64,000 bases of DNA from an uncultured Verrucomicrobiae bacterium. Its GTDB lineage: Bacteria; Verrucomicrobiota; Verrucomicrobiia; Limisphaerales; Palsa-1400. The stretch spans positions 4,608,001 to 4,672,000 of the forward strand of contig OY969763.1 in NCBI GenBank assembly GCA_963702845.1, read 5' to 3'. Under the pieces are notes generated by a model. That model searched no databases, was not told where the DNA came from, and worked only from the letters and a program-made list of their open reading frames with translations. This document shows positions 1 through 9,923 of the stretch, piece by piece. The stretch's first letter is position 1; each line of letters starts with the position of its first letter. Both the position numbers and the translations under genes were made by a program.

Positions 1-100
1 TGTTTCGATTTAGCAGTAGGAAGAATTTGGTCATAAACAAGCTGTCTTTTCGAGCGAGTCTCAATCAACTATACGGAATGAGAACTGCTCGGCATTACCT

Positions 101-772
101 ATGAAGCAGCTGTTTGGATTTCTTGTGCTGATCGGAGCGATCGCGTTGGCGATCTGGTGTTTCCGCGAATCGGATAAACCAGAATCGCAAGCGCGTGACT
201 TCGCCGAATTGCGTGCCAAGAACGAACGCGCGGATGCAAAGGCTGAGATGGAAAAGGCCGCCGCCGGTGAGCCAGCGAATGCGGCTGAACCGGTTCACGA
301 ACACCAGACGCGGTCTGAAGAAAATCCAATAGCGAATCTGCCGGTGCGCCAAACGGCGGCGGGGCGGTCGTTGAGCAGCGATCAACTTAACTCCTTTGTC
401 GCAGCGCAGAACGATCAAAAAGCGCGAGAACCCGAGGCGCTGGCGCAAGCGCCGAGTTCGAACGACAGCGTCACGACAGTCACGAATCAAGGCACCGAGT
501 TCCAACAATTCGTTGCGCTAGCGCGACAACTTGCCGCGACGAAGTCGTTGTCCAATGTTCGGGCAGAAACCGGTGATCGGAGTCTTGCGTTAACGCCGGA
601 AGCGCAGGGCTTGGCAGACAAAGCGGTCGCTCTAGCTTCGCCGTTTCTCACGCCAGAGCAGGCGCAGAAGTTGCAAGAGTTGCAGTCCAATCCCGAAGCA
701 ATGGGGAAGTTGGGTCTCGCCGCGAGCCGCCTGTTGGGGAGCAAAGTGGCGCGCCGTTCTTCCGACGAGTAA
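101..772 (+). CDS. Hypothetical membrane-anchored protein
   Basis: 223-aa ORF with an N-terminal hydrophobic helix (LFGFLVLIGAIALAIWCF) followed by an Ala/Glu/Gln-rich region; no family recognised. Confidence 0.7.
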   Translation: MKQLFGFLVLIGAIALAIWCFRESDKPESQARDFAELRAKNERADAKAEMEKAAAGEPANAAEPVHEHQTRSEENPIANLPVRQTAAGRSLSSDQLNSFVAAQNDQKAREPEALAQAPSSNDSVTTVTNQGTEFQQFVALARQLAATKSLSNVRAETGDRSLALTPEAQGLADKAVALASPFLTPEQAQKLQELQSNPEAMGKLGLAASRLLGSKVARRSSDE

Positions 773-777
773 TGCTG

Positions 778-1214
778 TTACTCCTCGCGACCGCTATGGC
801 CGCGCAGGTTTTCCAAGAGAGGATGGATTGTGGAGTGAGTCGCCGAAGCTGCTCGCGATGTTCAGTCGAAAGTTTTTCCAGGACCTTCTCTCCTTTTGCC
901 GTGAGCTTCACGCGCACCTGGCGATGGTCCAATGGATCCTTCGCCCGTCGGATATATTTTTGTTTTTCGAGACGATCGACCAACCCAACAGCACTGTGAT
1001 GAACGAGCTGAAGGCGTTCCGCGAGTTCGCCAATCATCACAAAATCGCGATCCGGAAAACCTTTGATAGCTAGTAGCGCCTGGTGCTGTTGCGGTGTCAG
1101 GCCCGCCTTATGCGCCGCGTCTTCACTGAATTTGAGGAATTGCCGGAGCGAATAGCGAAATGCGGCGAGCATCTCGTAATCGCGCTTCGTGACAGCTTGT
1201 CGCGTTCTGGACAC
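778..1214 (-). CDS. MarR-family transcriptional regulator (1-nt frameshift near the C-terminus)
   Basis: wHTH pattern GLTPQQHQALLAI...IGELAERLQLVHHSAVGLVDRLE...DHRQVRVKLTAKG. A frame change near 825 gives ...LLENLRGHSGREE* (TAA 778-780) and removes the overlap with the upstream gene. GTG start at 1214 lies 6 nt from a TTGCAT-17-TACATC promoter. Confidence 0.85.
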
Positions 1215-1268
1215 AAGGCGGATGTATCGCAAACAGCAGCCATATGCAAAAGTAAAAAAACCCGTTGC

Positions 1269-1291
1269 AATATATCGTATTGCGATATATT
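1269..1291. promoter_or_regulatory. Probable MarR operator
   Basis: Perfect inverted repeat AATATATCG-N5-CGATATATT between the divergent marR and ClC genes, overlapping a TTGCAA -35-like hexamer (1265-1270). Confidence 0.65.
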
Positions 1292-1336
1292 TAAATCTCT
1301 GCTGAATCGAGCAACTTCTGTAGTTGCTCTTTTTTT

Positions 1337-3145
1337 ATGGCACAAAACGATTCTTCACATACGACTGAACTGGGCGATTTCCGAACAGACAAGCGGATGC
1401 TGCTGCTGTGTGCGCTTGCGCTGCCCATCGGCGTGGCCAGCGCCTTCGTTGCGCGCGCCCTGCTTTGGCTGATCGCGCTCATCACCAACATCAGCTTTCT
1501 CCAACGTGTCTCCACCGCTCCTGTCCTGCCCCAGGAACATCATATGGGTTGGCTGGTCATTTTCGTTCCGGTGATCGGCGCACTTATCATCGGCTTGATG
1601 GCGCGATACGGCTCCGAAAAAATCCGCGGGCACGGAATCCCCGAAGCGCTTGAAGCCATCCTGCTCGGGCGCAGTTTCATGGACCCGAAGGTCGCGATTC
1701 TAAAACCATTATCGTCGGCAATTTCTATCGGCACGGGCGGGCCATTCGGTGCGGAGGGTCCAATCATCATGACTGGCGGAGCCTTCGGTTCGATTTTCGC
1801 GCAGTTCTTCCACCTCACCGCCGCTGAGCGCAAAACGTTGCTCGTGGCCGGCGCGGCGGCTGGCATGTCGGCGGTTTTCGCAACTCCGATTGCAGCTATT
1901 TTGCTGGCAGTTGAACTCCTGTTGTTCGAATGGAAACCGCGCAGCTTTGTCCCGGTTGCGCTGGCTTCGGTTGTCGCCTCGCAAATGCGTGTGCCGCTGC
2001 TTGGAATGGGTCCAATTTTTGCCACAGCCCCACACGGCTTTATTGGATCGCAAGGTTTGTGCATCGCCCTGGTCGTCGGTCTGGCGGCTGGTTTCGGGTC
2101 GTGCTTCCTGACGGCGATCGTCTACTTCTTTGAAGACCTGTTCCAAAAATTGCCGATTCACTGGATGTGGTGGCCGGCGATTGGAGCGGTACTCGTGGGC
2201 ATTGGCGGGTACTTCGAACCGCGGGTTCTCGGGGTTGGCTACGACACCATCTCTGGGCTGATTCACGGAAATATGATTGGCAAAACCCTGGTGGCGTTGC
2301 TGATTTTGAAAGCGCTGGTTTGGTCAATTGCGCTCGGGTCAGGAACCTCTGGCGGTGTGCTTGCACCTTTATTAATTATCGGCGGCGGCATCGGCGCGTT
2401 AACCAGCCAAGGCGTAATGGCCGCCGACACAGGCCTGTGGGCGCTCGTGGGCATGGCTGCAATGATGGGTGGAACCATGCGCTCGCCTCTCACCGGAATG
2501 GTTTTCGCGCTCGAACTGACCGGGGATCTGAATGCGCTGCCTGCCCTGCTCATTGGCTGCGTGACGGCGATGACGATCACCATTCTGCTGATGCGCCGTT
2601 CGATTCTCACGGAAAAGCTCGCGCGCCGAGGACAACACATTGCGCGAGAATATAGCGTCGATCCTTTCGAACTGATGCGTGTCGGCGACGTGATGGAAAA
2701 GGATCCACCAACCGTTACTGCCGACACGTTAGTGAATGAATTGTCCGATCGCATTGCTCAAGGCGATCCAGCGGTATGCCGACGCCAAGCCGTCCTGATT
2801 GTTAACGAAAGCGGAGAACTCGAGGGTATTATCACGCGCGGAGACATTATGCGGCATTTGCAAAATGATCGGTGCGGTAAGATTAAAGTTTTGGATGCCG
2901 GCAGAAAACAGATGGTCGTGGCGCATGCTGATGAATCCTTGCACAGCGCGGTGGCGAAGATGTTGACAAACGATATCGGCCGCTTGCCGGTCGTCGAGCG
3001 CGCAGACACGAAACGAATCATTGGTTATCTCGGACGTGCCGATATTCTGGCCGCGCGATTGCGCGGGCATGAAGAGGAAGAGATCCGGGAAAAAGGCCCC
3101 ATCGCTAAAAACATTATCAAATCGCCTGAACTAATCGGGCGTTAA
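1337..3145 (+). CDS. ClC-family chloride channel/antiporter with a C-terminal CBS pair
   Basis: Signatures GHGIPE, GGPFGAEGP and GSGTSGGVLAP; many TM helices; CBS motifs (VGDVM, GIITRGDI, RLPVV). Confidence 0.92.
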   Translation: MAQNDSSHTTELGDFRTDKRMLLLCALALPIGVASAFVARALLWLIALITNISFLQRVSTAPVLPQEHHMGWLVIFVPVIGALIIGLMARYGSEKIRGHGIPEALEAILLGRSFMDPKVAILKPLSSAISIGTGGPFGAEGPIIMTGGAFGSIFAQFFHLTAAERKTLLVAGAAAGMSAVFATPIAAILLAVELLLFEWKPRSFVPVALASVVASQMRVPLLGMGPIFATAPHGFIGSQGLCIALVVGLAAGFGSCFLTAIVYFFEDLFQKLPIHWMWWPAIGAVLVGIGGYFEPRVLGVGYDTISGLIHGNMIGKTLVALLILKALVWSIALGSGTSGGVLAPLLIIGGGIGALTSQGVMAADTGLWALVGMAAMMGGTMRSPLTGMVFALELTGDLNALPALLIGCVTAMTITILLMRRSILTEKLARRGQHIAREYSVDPFELMRVGDVMEKDPPTVTADTLVNELSDRIAQGDPAVCRRQAVLIVNESGELEGIITRGDIMRHLQNDRCGKIKVLDAGRKQMVVAHADESLHSAVAKMLTNDIGRLPVVERADTKRIIGYLGRADILAARLRGHEEEEIREKGPIAKNIIKSPELIGR

Positions 3146-3266
3146 AAACTTATGCTCACTCTCGGTTTGAAATTTAGCCTCGCCATCGGTGTCGGAGTCG
3201 TGATTCTGGCCCTGCTCTAGCAGTGTTGACGCGCATAGTGGCGCACGTCACAGTGATGGCGCTCCT

Positions 3267-3992
3267 ATGAAATCCTTTCTCGCGATAGCGCGCTGGCTGC
3301 TGCTGGCGCTCGTTTGCACGTCCCAGCTCTTTGGACAAAACGAAGGCAGTCCGGGCATTTATCAAGGTCGCCACATCGCTCCGGTGATGGGACATCAAGG
3401 CGCCGAATGGCTGGAGCGACCAGAGCGACACGCGGAAGAGCGACCCGATTTGTTGTTGCAGGCGCTGAAACTGAAACCAGGAATGAACGTCGCGGATATA
3501 GGCGCCGGGACGGGTTATTTCACGTGGCGCATGGCGAAGCTGGTTGCGCCTAAAGGGTCCGTCTACGCAGTGGAAATCCAGCAAGAGATGCTCGACATGC
3601 TAGCGACGAATGTCGTCGCGCATGGAGCGACCAACTTTCACTCCATCCTTGGGACGGTCACCGATACGCATTTGCCGACGAACAAAATCGATCTCGTATT
3701 GATGGTGGACGTGTATCACGAATTTGATCACCCACGCGAGATGCTCGAATCGATTTGGCGCTCGCTCAGCCCGAATGGCCGGGTTGTTTTCGTGGAATAT
3801 CGCGGCCAGGACCCCAATGTCCCGATCAAGCCATTGCACAAAATGACCGAAGCGCAGGTGCGCAAGGAAGCGGAGTTGTTACCATTGCAGTGGGTAGAAA
3901 CGAGCGAGATACTGCCCCGGCAGCACATTATAATTTTCAAAAAGAAAACTACTTCGCCAATTCAATACAACGGGTCTCACGCACGACCGTAA
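3267..3992 (+). CDS. Class I SAM-dependent methyltransferase with a signal-peptide-like N-terminus
   Basis: Motif I VADIGAGTGYF, VYAVEIQ, DVYHE. Confidence 0.88.
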   Translation: MKSFLAIARWLLLALVCTSQLFGQNEGSPGIYQGRHIAPVMGHQGAEWLERPERHAEERPDLLLQALKLKPGMNVADIGAGTGYFTWRMAKLVAPKGSVYAVEIQQEMLDMLATNVVAHGATNFHSILGTVTDTHLPTNKIDLVLMVDVYHEFDHPREMLESIWRSLSPNGRVVFVEYRGQDPNVPIKPLHKMTEAQVRKEAELLPLQWVETSEILPRQHIIIFKKKTTSPIQYNGSHARP

Positions 3993-5511
3993 TTCTGATC
4001 TGCCCGGGGTATTGCAGTTCCTCTTCAATTTTCTTCGCGATGTTGCGCGCAAGAACAAAGGCTTCGTCGTCAGTGATTTTCTCAGGCTGCACCAAAACGC
4101 GCAGTTCGCGGCCGGCCTGAAGGGCAAAGCACTTTTCGACGCCGTCGAATGACAAACCAATGCGTTCGAGATCTTCGACGCGTTTGATATAAGTGAGAAT
4201 GGTTTCGGAACGGGCACCCGGACGCGCGGCGCTGATTGCGTCAGCGGCGCCGACGAGAACGCCCAATAAATTCTTTTCCGTTTCGCCATGGTGCGAAGCG
4301 ACGCCGGTCACGATATCAGCGGGTTCACCATGACGTTTTATAAATTCGGCGCCCACAATTGCGTGCGGCCCTTCCACCTCGTGGTTCATCGCTTTGCCGA
4401 TGTCGTGGAGCAGGCCAGCGCGTTTCGCGGCGGCGACATCGACTCCAAGTTCACCTGCAAGCAAGCCCATGATATGCGCGACTTCAACGGAGTGTTGCAG
4501 GAGATTCTGACTAAAGCTGCGGCGGTAATGCAGACGACCGAGCAGCTTCACAATCTCGGGATGCATCGGGGTGAGACCGAGTTTCATGACCGCTTCGCCA
4601 CCGCAACGCTGGATCATTTCATCCATCTCTTGCGAAACTTTTGCGACGACTTCTTCGATGCGCGCCGGGTGAATGCGGCCATCGAGGATCAAACGTCCCA
4701 TCGCTTCGCGCGCGATCTCGCGGCGCACGGGATCGAAACCGGAAAGGACAATCGACCCTGGGGTATCATCGATTAAAACAGTGATACCAGTAGCTGCTTC
4801 AAACGCCCTAATGTTCCTACCTTCACGACCAATGATGCGCCCTTTAATTTCGTCGTTTGTGATCGAAATGGCACAGGTTGAATTTTCGGTGGTGTGCTCG
4901 CCGCCATAGCGATGAATCGCGTTAGCGATGATGTGCCGGGCTTTTTCTTCGGCGTGGGTTTTCGCGTCGTCGAGAATACGCTGGCAAAGTTTGGCGGCAT
5001 CGCGCTGCGCTTCCTGCTCGAGTTGTTTGCTGAAGGCAGCGCGCGCTTCGGTTTCGTTCAACGTTGCGAGACAGGCGAGTTGTTGGCGACGCTGCAGAAG
5101 CAAGTCGGCGGCCTGAGATCGCATGTGTTGCAATTCGACCAGCCGAACGTCGCACTCTTCTTTTTCACCGCGCAAAACTTTTTCCTGCTGCACGAGATTG
5201 TCGAGTTGCCGGTTGAGCAGGGCTTCGCGCTCGTTTAATCGCTGGTCGATCGCGGCAAGTTCTTTTTGGCGCAAGCCTGCGAGAGCTTCCGTTTCGGTGC
5301 GCAGTTTGAGGGAATATTCGTTAGCTTCGAGGCGACCTTCGCGAATGAGCGCTTCGGCTTGTCGCTTTGCGTCGTCGAACATCGCATCGTGCCTGGACTT
5401 GAGTTGGGCGCGAACGGCGCGTTCACGCCAGCGCAACATCCAAATACCCGACGCTGTGCCGAGAATGAAGACGCCGGCTCCGGCCACGATAGAATCTGTC
5501 GAAAATATCAT
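3949..5511 (-). CDS. rny: Ribonuclease Y
   Basis: N-terminal TM, coiled coil, KH domain (KGRIIGREGRNIR), HD domain (LLHDIGKA), C-terminal YPGQIRITVVRETR. Confidence 0.97.
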   Translation of the reverse strand: MIFSTDSIVAGAGVFILGTASGIWMLRWRERAVRAQLKSRHDAMFDDAKRQAEALIREGRLEANEYSLKLRTETEALAGLRQKELAAIDQRLNEREALLNRQLDNLVQQEKVLRGEKEECDVRLVELQHMRSQAADLLLQRRQQLACLATLNETEARAAFSKQLEQEAQRDAAKLCQRILDDAKTHAEEKARHIIANAIHRYGGEHTTENSTCAISITNDEIKGRIIGREGRNIRAFEAATGITVLIDDTPGSIVLSGFDPVRREIAREAMGRLILDGRIHPARIEEVVAKVSQEMDEMIQRCGGEAVMKLGLTPMHPEIVKLLGRLHYRRSFSQNLLQHSVEVAHIMGLLAGELGVDVAAAKRAGLLHDIGKAMNHEVEGPHAIVGAEFIKRHGEPADIVTGVASHHGETEKNLLGVLVGAADAISAARPGARSETILTYIKRVEDLERIGLSFDGVEKCFALQAGRELRVLVQPEKITDDEAFVLARNIAKKIEEELQYPGQIRITVVRETRCIELAK

Positions 5512-5512
5512 T

Positions 5513-6097
5513 TCAACCTGTCACTGCCGCAAACTCGATGAACCGTGTCGGTGTGAGGACACAATTCATGCGGATATCATGCGCTTCAGCAGGGATTCGC
5601 TGGATGAGCTGTTCATCAAATGCGACTCCACATTTGATTCCGACAACAGAGGCGAGCAGGCGGTCGTAATGACCTTGCCCGCGCCCGAGCCGGTGCCCAG
5701 TCAGGTCGAAGGATACTCCAGGAACCAGGATCAAGTCCAGACGGTTCGCAGGAAATTCCGCGCAGGTGGCAATCGGTTCGATGATTCCAAAGCGACCGGC
5801 GGCGCAGTCGTGTTGAGCGTGAGAAATTTTAAACGGCACGTACGATTTTGTCGCTTCGACAAATTTTGGGAGCGCGACAGTTTTGCCGGAGGCGAGCGCA
5901 TCGTCGATCAATGGCGAGAAATCCAATTCGTCGTGCAACGCTGAGTAGAACATCACCGAATTGACCTGTGCCCAAACTTTTTGTTCCCGCAAGAGCGCAC
6001 ACGCGAGAGTTGACGCGCGCACGCGTTGTTCGGGGGTGATGGCGTGCAATTTGGCACGCACTTCGATGCGCAATTCGTTCTTGGAGATAGCCGCCAT
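5513..6097 (-). CDS. 5-formyltetrahydrofolate cyclo-ligase
   Basis: DLILVPGVSFDLTGHRLGRGQGHYDR motif and HDIRM; typical rny neighbour. Confidence 0.93.
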   Translation of the reverse strand: MAAISKNELRIEVRAKLHAITPEQRVRASTLACALLREQKVWAQVNSVMFYSALHDELDFSPLIDDALASGKTVALPKFVEATKSYVPFKISHAQHDCAAGRFGIIEPIATCAEFPANRLDLILVPGVSFDLTGHRLGRGQGHYDRLLASVVGIKCGVAFDEQLIQRIPAEAHDIRMNCVLTPTRFIEFAAVTG

Positions 6098-6099
6098 CT

Positions 6100-7713
6100 C
6101 TATCGCGCGCGCCGGATCTTACCACGGCGCTGGCTCGTTGGTCCGCCCGGCCTGGGTGTTCTGCTTGGGCCAGTCGGTCGGCTTGGTCTGCCTGGCCGGG
6201 TTGGCCGAGTCGGCCTGTGTAACATACCTGGCCCTCCTCTTGCCTTGCCGGAGCTAGGCGGCGGATTTTTCTGAAATTTTCGTTTGGGCTGGATCGTCTT
6301 TGGCCGTTCCCGCGCGACCAACACAATCGGGCAACCTTCAAAGCCAAACTTGGCGCGCATTTGGTTGATCAAATATTTTTTGTACTGGTCGGAGAACAAG
6401 TCCTCACGATTGACGAAAAGCAAAAAGACTGGTGGCTGTTGCTTGACCTGGGTGGCGTAGAAAAATTTAAGTCGATGTCCAGCCGAGGTCGGTGGCTGCC
6501 GTTGCACGATCGCATCATTAAGTGTGCGATTCAGGATCGACGTAGGAACCTTCTGCTGCAATTGCGCGGCGACGAAGCGAATTGCTTCCAACAGCCGATC
6601 AAGATGAAAACCGTCCTTGGCCGACGTAAAAATTACCGGGGCGTAATCCAGGAAGAACAACTGCTCCTGCACCCATCCACCGAAATCCGACAGCGTGGTC
6701 AGCGGTTTCTCCTGGCCTTCGCGTTTGGTTTGCTGACGCAGTTGCTCGCGCAATTCAGCGCGGCCCTGCTCAAGGCCGGGTTTAACAAGGTCCCATTTAT
6801 TGACGACGAGGATGCAGGCTTTCTTGCTGTCGATGATTTTGCCGGCAACTTTTTTGTCCTGGGCGGTAACACCAGCTTCCGCATCGATGACAAACACAAC
6901 TATATCGCTGCGTTCGATCGATTCCTCAGTGCGTTTGACGCTGAAAAATTCAACAGAATCGTCCACGCGCCGTTCCTGGCGAACGCCGGCGGTATCGATG
7001 AAGATGTAACGTTGGCGCACGCCTTCGGTTTCAATTTCGAACGGGACATCAACCGAATCCCGAGTCGTGCCGGGGATTGCCGAAACGATGACGCGTTCGG
7101 ACTGCGTCAGCTTATTAATGAGCGATGACTTGCCAACATTGGGACGCCCGACAATTGCAAGTTTCAGGACTGGCGAGGTGTCGGGAGCATCCGCACCTGG
7201 TTGAAATTCCGGCAAAAACGAAACAGCACGTGACATCAAATCTTCGATGCCGCGTTGATGAATGGCGCTGACGGCAAAAGTCTGTTCGAAACCAAGTTCA
7301 GAAAACTCGTCCATGCCCGATTCAGCTCGTTCGGTGTCGACTTTGTTGATGGCAACGAGGACACGTTTTTGCGAACTGCGCAAACGTTCGGCGACTTCCC
7401 GGTCCAACGGCACGACGCCGTCCTGAACGTTCACGACGAGAATGATGACGTCCGCGGCTTCGATTGCGATTTCGACCTGCTGGATGGCCGCCTGGATAAT
7501 AACGTCAGTCGATTTTTCGCGCCGGAGCAGGCCGATGCCGCCGGTGTCGACGAGCGTAAATGGTCTGCCGTGCCATTCGGCCTCGACCGTGACACGGTCA
7601 CGCGTCACGCCCGGTTGGTCGTGGACAATAGCAATGCGTTTGCCGACGATCCGATTAAAGAGCGCGGATTTGCCGACATTCGGGCGACCTACGATGGCAA
7701 TTAGTCCAGCCAT
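6100..7713 (-). CDS. der: Ribosome biogenesis GTPase Der (EngA)
   Basis: Two GTPase domains (GRPNVGKS twice, DTGG/DTAG, NKVD/NKWD) and a KH-like C-domain (FGFEGCPI); start taken at ATG 7713 (MAGLIAIVG). Confidence 0.97.
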   Translation of the reverse strand: MAGLIAIVGRPNVGKSALFNRIVGKRIAIVHDQPGVTRDRVTVEAEWHGRPFTLVDTGGIGLLRREKSTDVIIQAAIQQVEIAIEAADVIILVVNVQDGVVPLDREVAERLRSSQKRVLVAINKVDTERAESGMDEFSELGFEQTFAVSAIHQRGIEDLMSRAVSFLPEFQPGADAPDTSPVLKLAIVGRPNVGKSSLINKLTQSERVIVSAIPGTTRDSVDVPFEIETEGVRQRYIFIDTAGVRQERRVDDSVEFFSVKRTEESIERSDIVVFVIDAEAGVTAQDKKVAGKIIDSKKACILVVNKWDLVKPGLEQGRAELREQLRQQTKREGQEKPLTTLSDFGGWVQEQLFFLDYAPVIFTSAKDGFHLDRLLEAIRFVAAQLQQKVPTSILNRTLNDAIVQRQPPTSAGHRLKFFYATQVKQQPPVFLLFVNREDLFSDQYKKYLINQMRAKFGFEGCPIVLVARERPKTIQPKRKFQKNPPPSSGKARGGPGMLHRPTRPTRPGRPSRPTGPSRTPRPGGPTSQRRGKIRRAR

Positions 7714-7726
7714 AACCTTCAATCCG

Positions 7727-7754
7727 ATTCTGTCATGGAATTGGCCGGTGTCAA
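7727..7754 (-). promoter_or_regulatory. Sigma70-like promoter for der
   Basis: TTGACA-16-CAGAAT on the minus strand, 13 nt before the der ATG; the -35 lies inside the inverted repeat GGCCGGTG...CACCGGCC (7743-7769). Confidence 0.5.
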
Positions 7755-7771
7755 AATTATGCACCGGCCTC

Positions 7772-7806
7772 AAATGAAACGCACCCCGCATGTTACCACG
7801 CGGGGT
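7772..7806 (-). terminator. Possible intrinsic terminator after rpsU
   Basis: Hairpin ACCCCGCGTG-GTAA-CATGCGGGGT followed by GCGTTTCATTT (weak U-tract). Confidence 0.4.
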
Positions 7807-7843
7807 CCGCGACAGATGCTACCTTGAAAGTTTCGGAAGACGA

Positions 7844-8041
7844 CTAATCGTCAGCATGCCGTGCCTGGAGCATGGCAGTGAAACGCGCGGCTTTGGTTTT
7901 GCGACGTTTCTTTTCGCTCGGTTTCTCGAACCGGCGGTGCAGGCGGACTTGCTGTAGGGTCTGTTCGCGCTCGAGCTTCTTCTTGAAGCGGCGAAGCGCT
8001 TTATCTACAGGCTCACCCTTTTTTAGTTTTACTTCGGTCAT
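7844..8041 (-). CDS. rpsU: 30S ribosomal protein S21
   Basis: 65 aa, GEPVDKALRRFKKK...FEKPSEKKRRK. Confidence 0.95.
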   Translation of the reverse strand: MTEVKLKKGEPVDKALRRFKKKLEREQTLQQVRLHRRFEKPSEKKRRKTKAARFTAMLQARHADD

Positions 8042-8043
8042 AA

Positions 8044-9078
8044 TTAGTTTTGTTTCCGGGCCGTTCGCAAAACCTCGTAACCCACGAGCCTTTGCCCTTG
8101 TTCATCCCAAAGACGAAATGTGAACGATTTCATGCTGGTCAACAGCGTTACCGGTTTAACGGTCTGAAATAATGGCTCAGCTTCGTGGCATTTCTCAAGA
8201 TGATAATTTGGTATGCGCGGACTGAGATGATGGATGTGATGGAAGCCGATGTTGCCGGAGAACCATTGCATCACCTTCGGCAACTTATAAAACGAACTGC
8301 CTTGCAAGGCGGCCGTGCTATAGTCCCAGTTCTCGTTACGTTCCCAATAAACACCTTCAAACTGGTGTTGGACGTAGAAAAGCCAAATTCCCGCCGACCC
8401 GGCGGTCATGAGAATGATCACCTGCAGAATCAAATATGTTTTAAAGCCGAAGATATAAATCAATCCGACGGCGATCAGCACAAGGGCCAGATTTGTTAAT
8501 GCCACCGAATGCCGCTCGCGTTGAGGGGCTTTTCCCTTCGGAAAGCGATGCTGAATCATGAACAAGTAAACCGGCGCGAGACCGAATAGGATCACCGGAT
8601 TGCGCGCGAGGCGATAGGCGAAGCGTTTCCAGCGCGAGGCTTCGAGATATTCCTGCACTGTTAAAGTCCAGACGTCGCCTGTCCCTCGGCGGTCGAGATC
8701 GCCCGATGTCGAGTGGTGCAGCGCATGTTCCCAACGCCAATGATAATAGGGAGTGAACGTCAGCACACCGGTTATGAAACCCAGAATGTCATTGGCCTTT
8801 GTCGACTTAAAGTACGAGCCGTGTCCGCAATCATGAAAGATGATGAAAACGCGTACCAAAAATGCACCAGCAAGAATAGCCAGCGGCACCGCAAACCACC
8901 ACGACACTTTGACGGCAAAATACATCAAGGTCCAAAGCGCGACGTAGGGAACGACGGTGTTGACGATCTGCCAAATCGCGCGCCAGGGAGCAGGGTTCTG
9001 ATATTTAAGGACGATTTCTTTCCAAGAATGGCGGCTGGCAGCGTGATTGTTAGCAGTCTTACTGGTGCTTTTGTTCAT
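8044..9078 (-). CDS. Membrane fatty acid desaturase
   Basis: His boxes HDCGH, HALHH and HHIHH plus FYVQH; start taken at ATG 9078. Confidence 0.93.
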   Translation of the reverse strand: MNKSTSKTANNHAASRHSWKEIVLKYQNPAPWRAIWQIVNTVVPYVALWTLMYFAVKVSWWFAVPLAILAGAFLVRVFIIFHDCGHGSYFKSTKANDILGFITGVLTFTPYYHWRWEHALHHSTSGDLDRRGTGDVWTLTVQEYLEASRWKRFAYRLARNPVILFGLAPVYLFMIQHRFPKGKAPQRERHSVALTNLALVLIAVGLIYIFGFKTYLILQVIILMTAGSAGIWLFYVQHQFEGVYWERNENWDYSTAALQGSSFYKLPKVMQWFSGNIGFHHIHHLSPRIPNYHLEKCHEAEPLFQTVKPVTLLTSMKSFTFRLWDEQGQRLVGYEVLRTARKQN

Positions 9079-9507
9079 CAGGATAACTTTAAAAATAGAA
9101 TCCTGGACCGCAGAACTCTGACCCGCGCCCAAATTGACATGGAATGTACCGAACGCAAGCGGAGAATTGGAGCATTTCGGGCGGCGCAGCTGTAAGAATA
9201 TTGCATTGCGGCACGACGTTGATCGGAGGCAAAAACTTTCTCTTTTCGCGGATCAGACCCAATTTTCTGGCCTATACCGCTGTCAAATACTAACATGCAA
9301 CCTATTTGAATGCAATAACTTGCAACTTGTTTGAATTTTCTAGCTTGCTATCATTGCGAACCATGCGAATCTATTGAGCAGATTAGAGTTACTTGTTTGA
9401 TTCTCAGGGCATGCAACAATCCTCAGGTGAACGAAGTTCAGTGATGATTTGAAACCCGATCGTCGGGAGTAGTCCAGAAGCGCAGTAGATCTAACGAAAT
9501 CATCAGT

Positions 9508-9864
9508 ATGAACACAAAACTATACGTCGGGAATCTTTCCTATGACGCAACCGAAAACGATATCCAGGACATGTTCGCAGCTTGCGGCCCTGTCCAGGAA
9601 GTAAACCTGATCATTGATCGCATGACCAACCGCTCCCGCGGCTTTGCATTCGTGACCATGGCGACGCCGGAAGGCGCCCAGGCCGCGATTCAGCAACTCG
9701 GCGGCAAGCAAATTGGTGGCCGTGACCTGACCGTTAACGAAGCTCGCCCTCGTGAAGAACGCAGCGGCGGTGGCGGCGGTGGCGGCGGCGGCGGACGTGG
9801 ATTCGGTGGTGGTGGCGGCGGCGGAGGCCGTGACCGTGGCGATCGTCAGTATTCCCGTCGCTAA
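9508..9864 (+). CDS. RRM RNA-binding protein with a Gly-rich tail (Rbp-like)
   Basis: RNP2 KLYVGNL, RNP1 [18 protein letters not shown], poly-Gly/Arg tail. Confidence 0.95.
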   Translation: MNTKLYVGNLSYDATENDIQDMFAACGPVQEVNLIIDRMTNRSRGFAFVTMATPEGAQAAIQQLGGKQIGGRDLTVNEARPREERSGGGGGGGGGGRGFGGGGGGGGRDRGDRQYSRR

Positions 9865-9876
9865 TTCGACAATTTG

Positions 9877-9913
9877 AGAACCCCGGTCCCTAAAAAAGGC
9901 CGGGGTTCTTTTT
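9877..9913 (+). terminator. Intrinsic terminator between the RRM gene and infA
   Basis: AGAACCCCGG...CCGGGGTTCT stem followed by TTTT. Confidence 0.75.
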
Positions 9914-9923
9914 GTAAACACGT

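Noticed and set aside
1295..1336. Fluoride riboswitch and CLC-F exporter
   Set aside because: No GGCGATGG...AAAC...GCTRATGAC aptamer pattern, and the protein lacks the CLC-F motifs GNNLI/GREGT
5513..6100. 6S RNA expected near the cyclo-ligase and rny
   Set aside because: der, the cyclo-ligase and rny are separated by only 1-2 nt, leaving no room, and no 6S-like rod was seen nearby
9765..9830. GGC/GGT trinucleotide repeat as a contingency locus
   Set aside because: In-frame codons of the normal Gly-rich RRM tail
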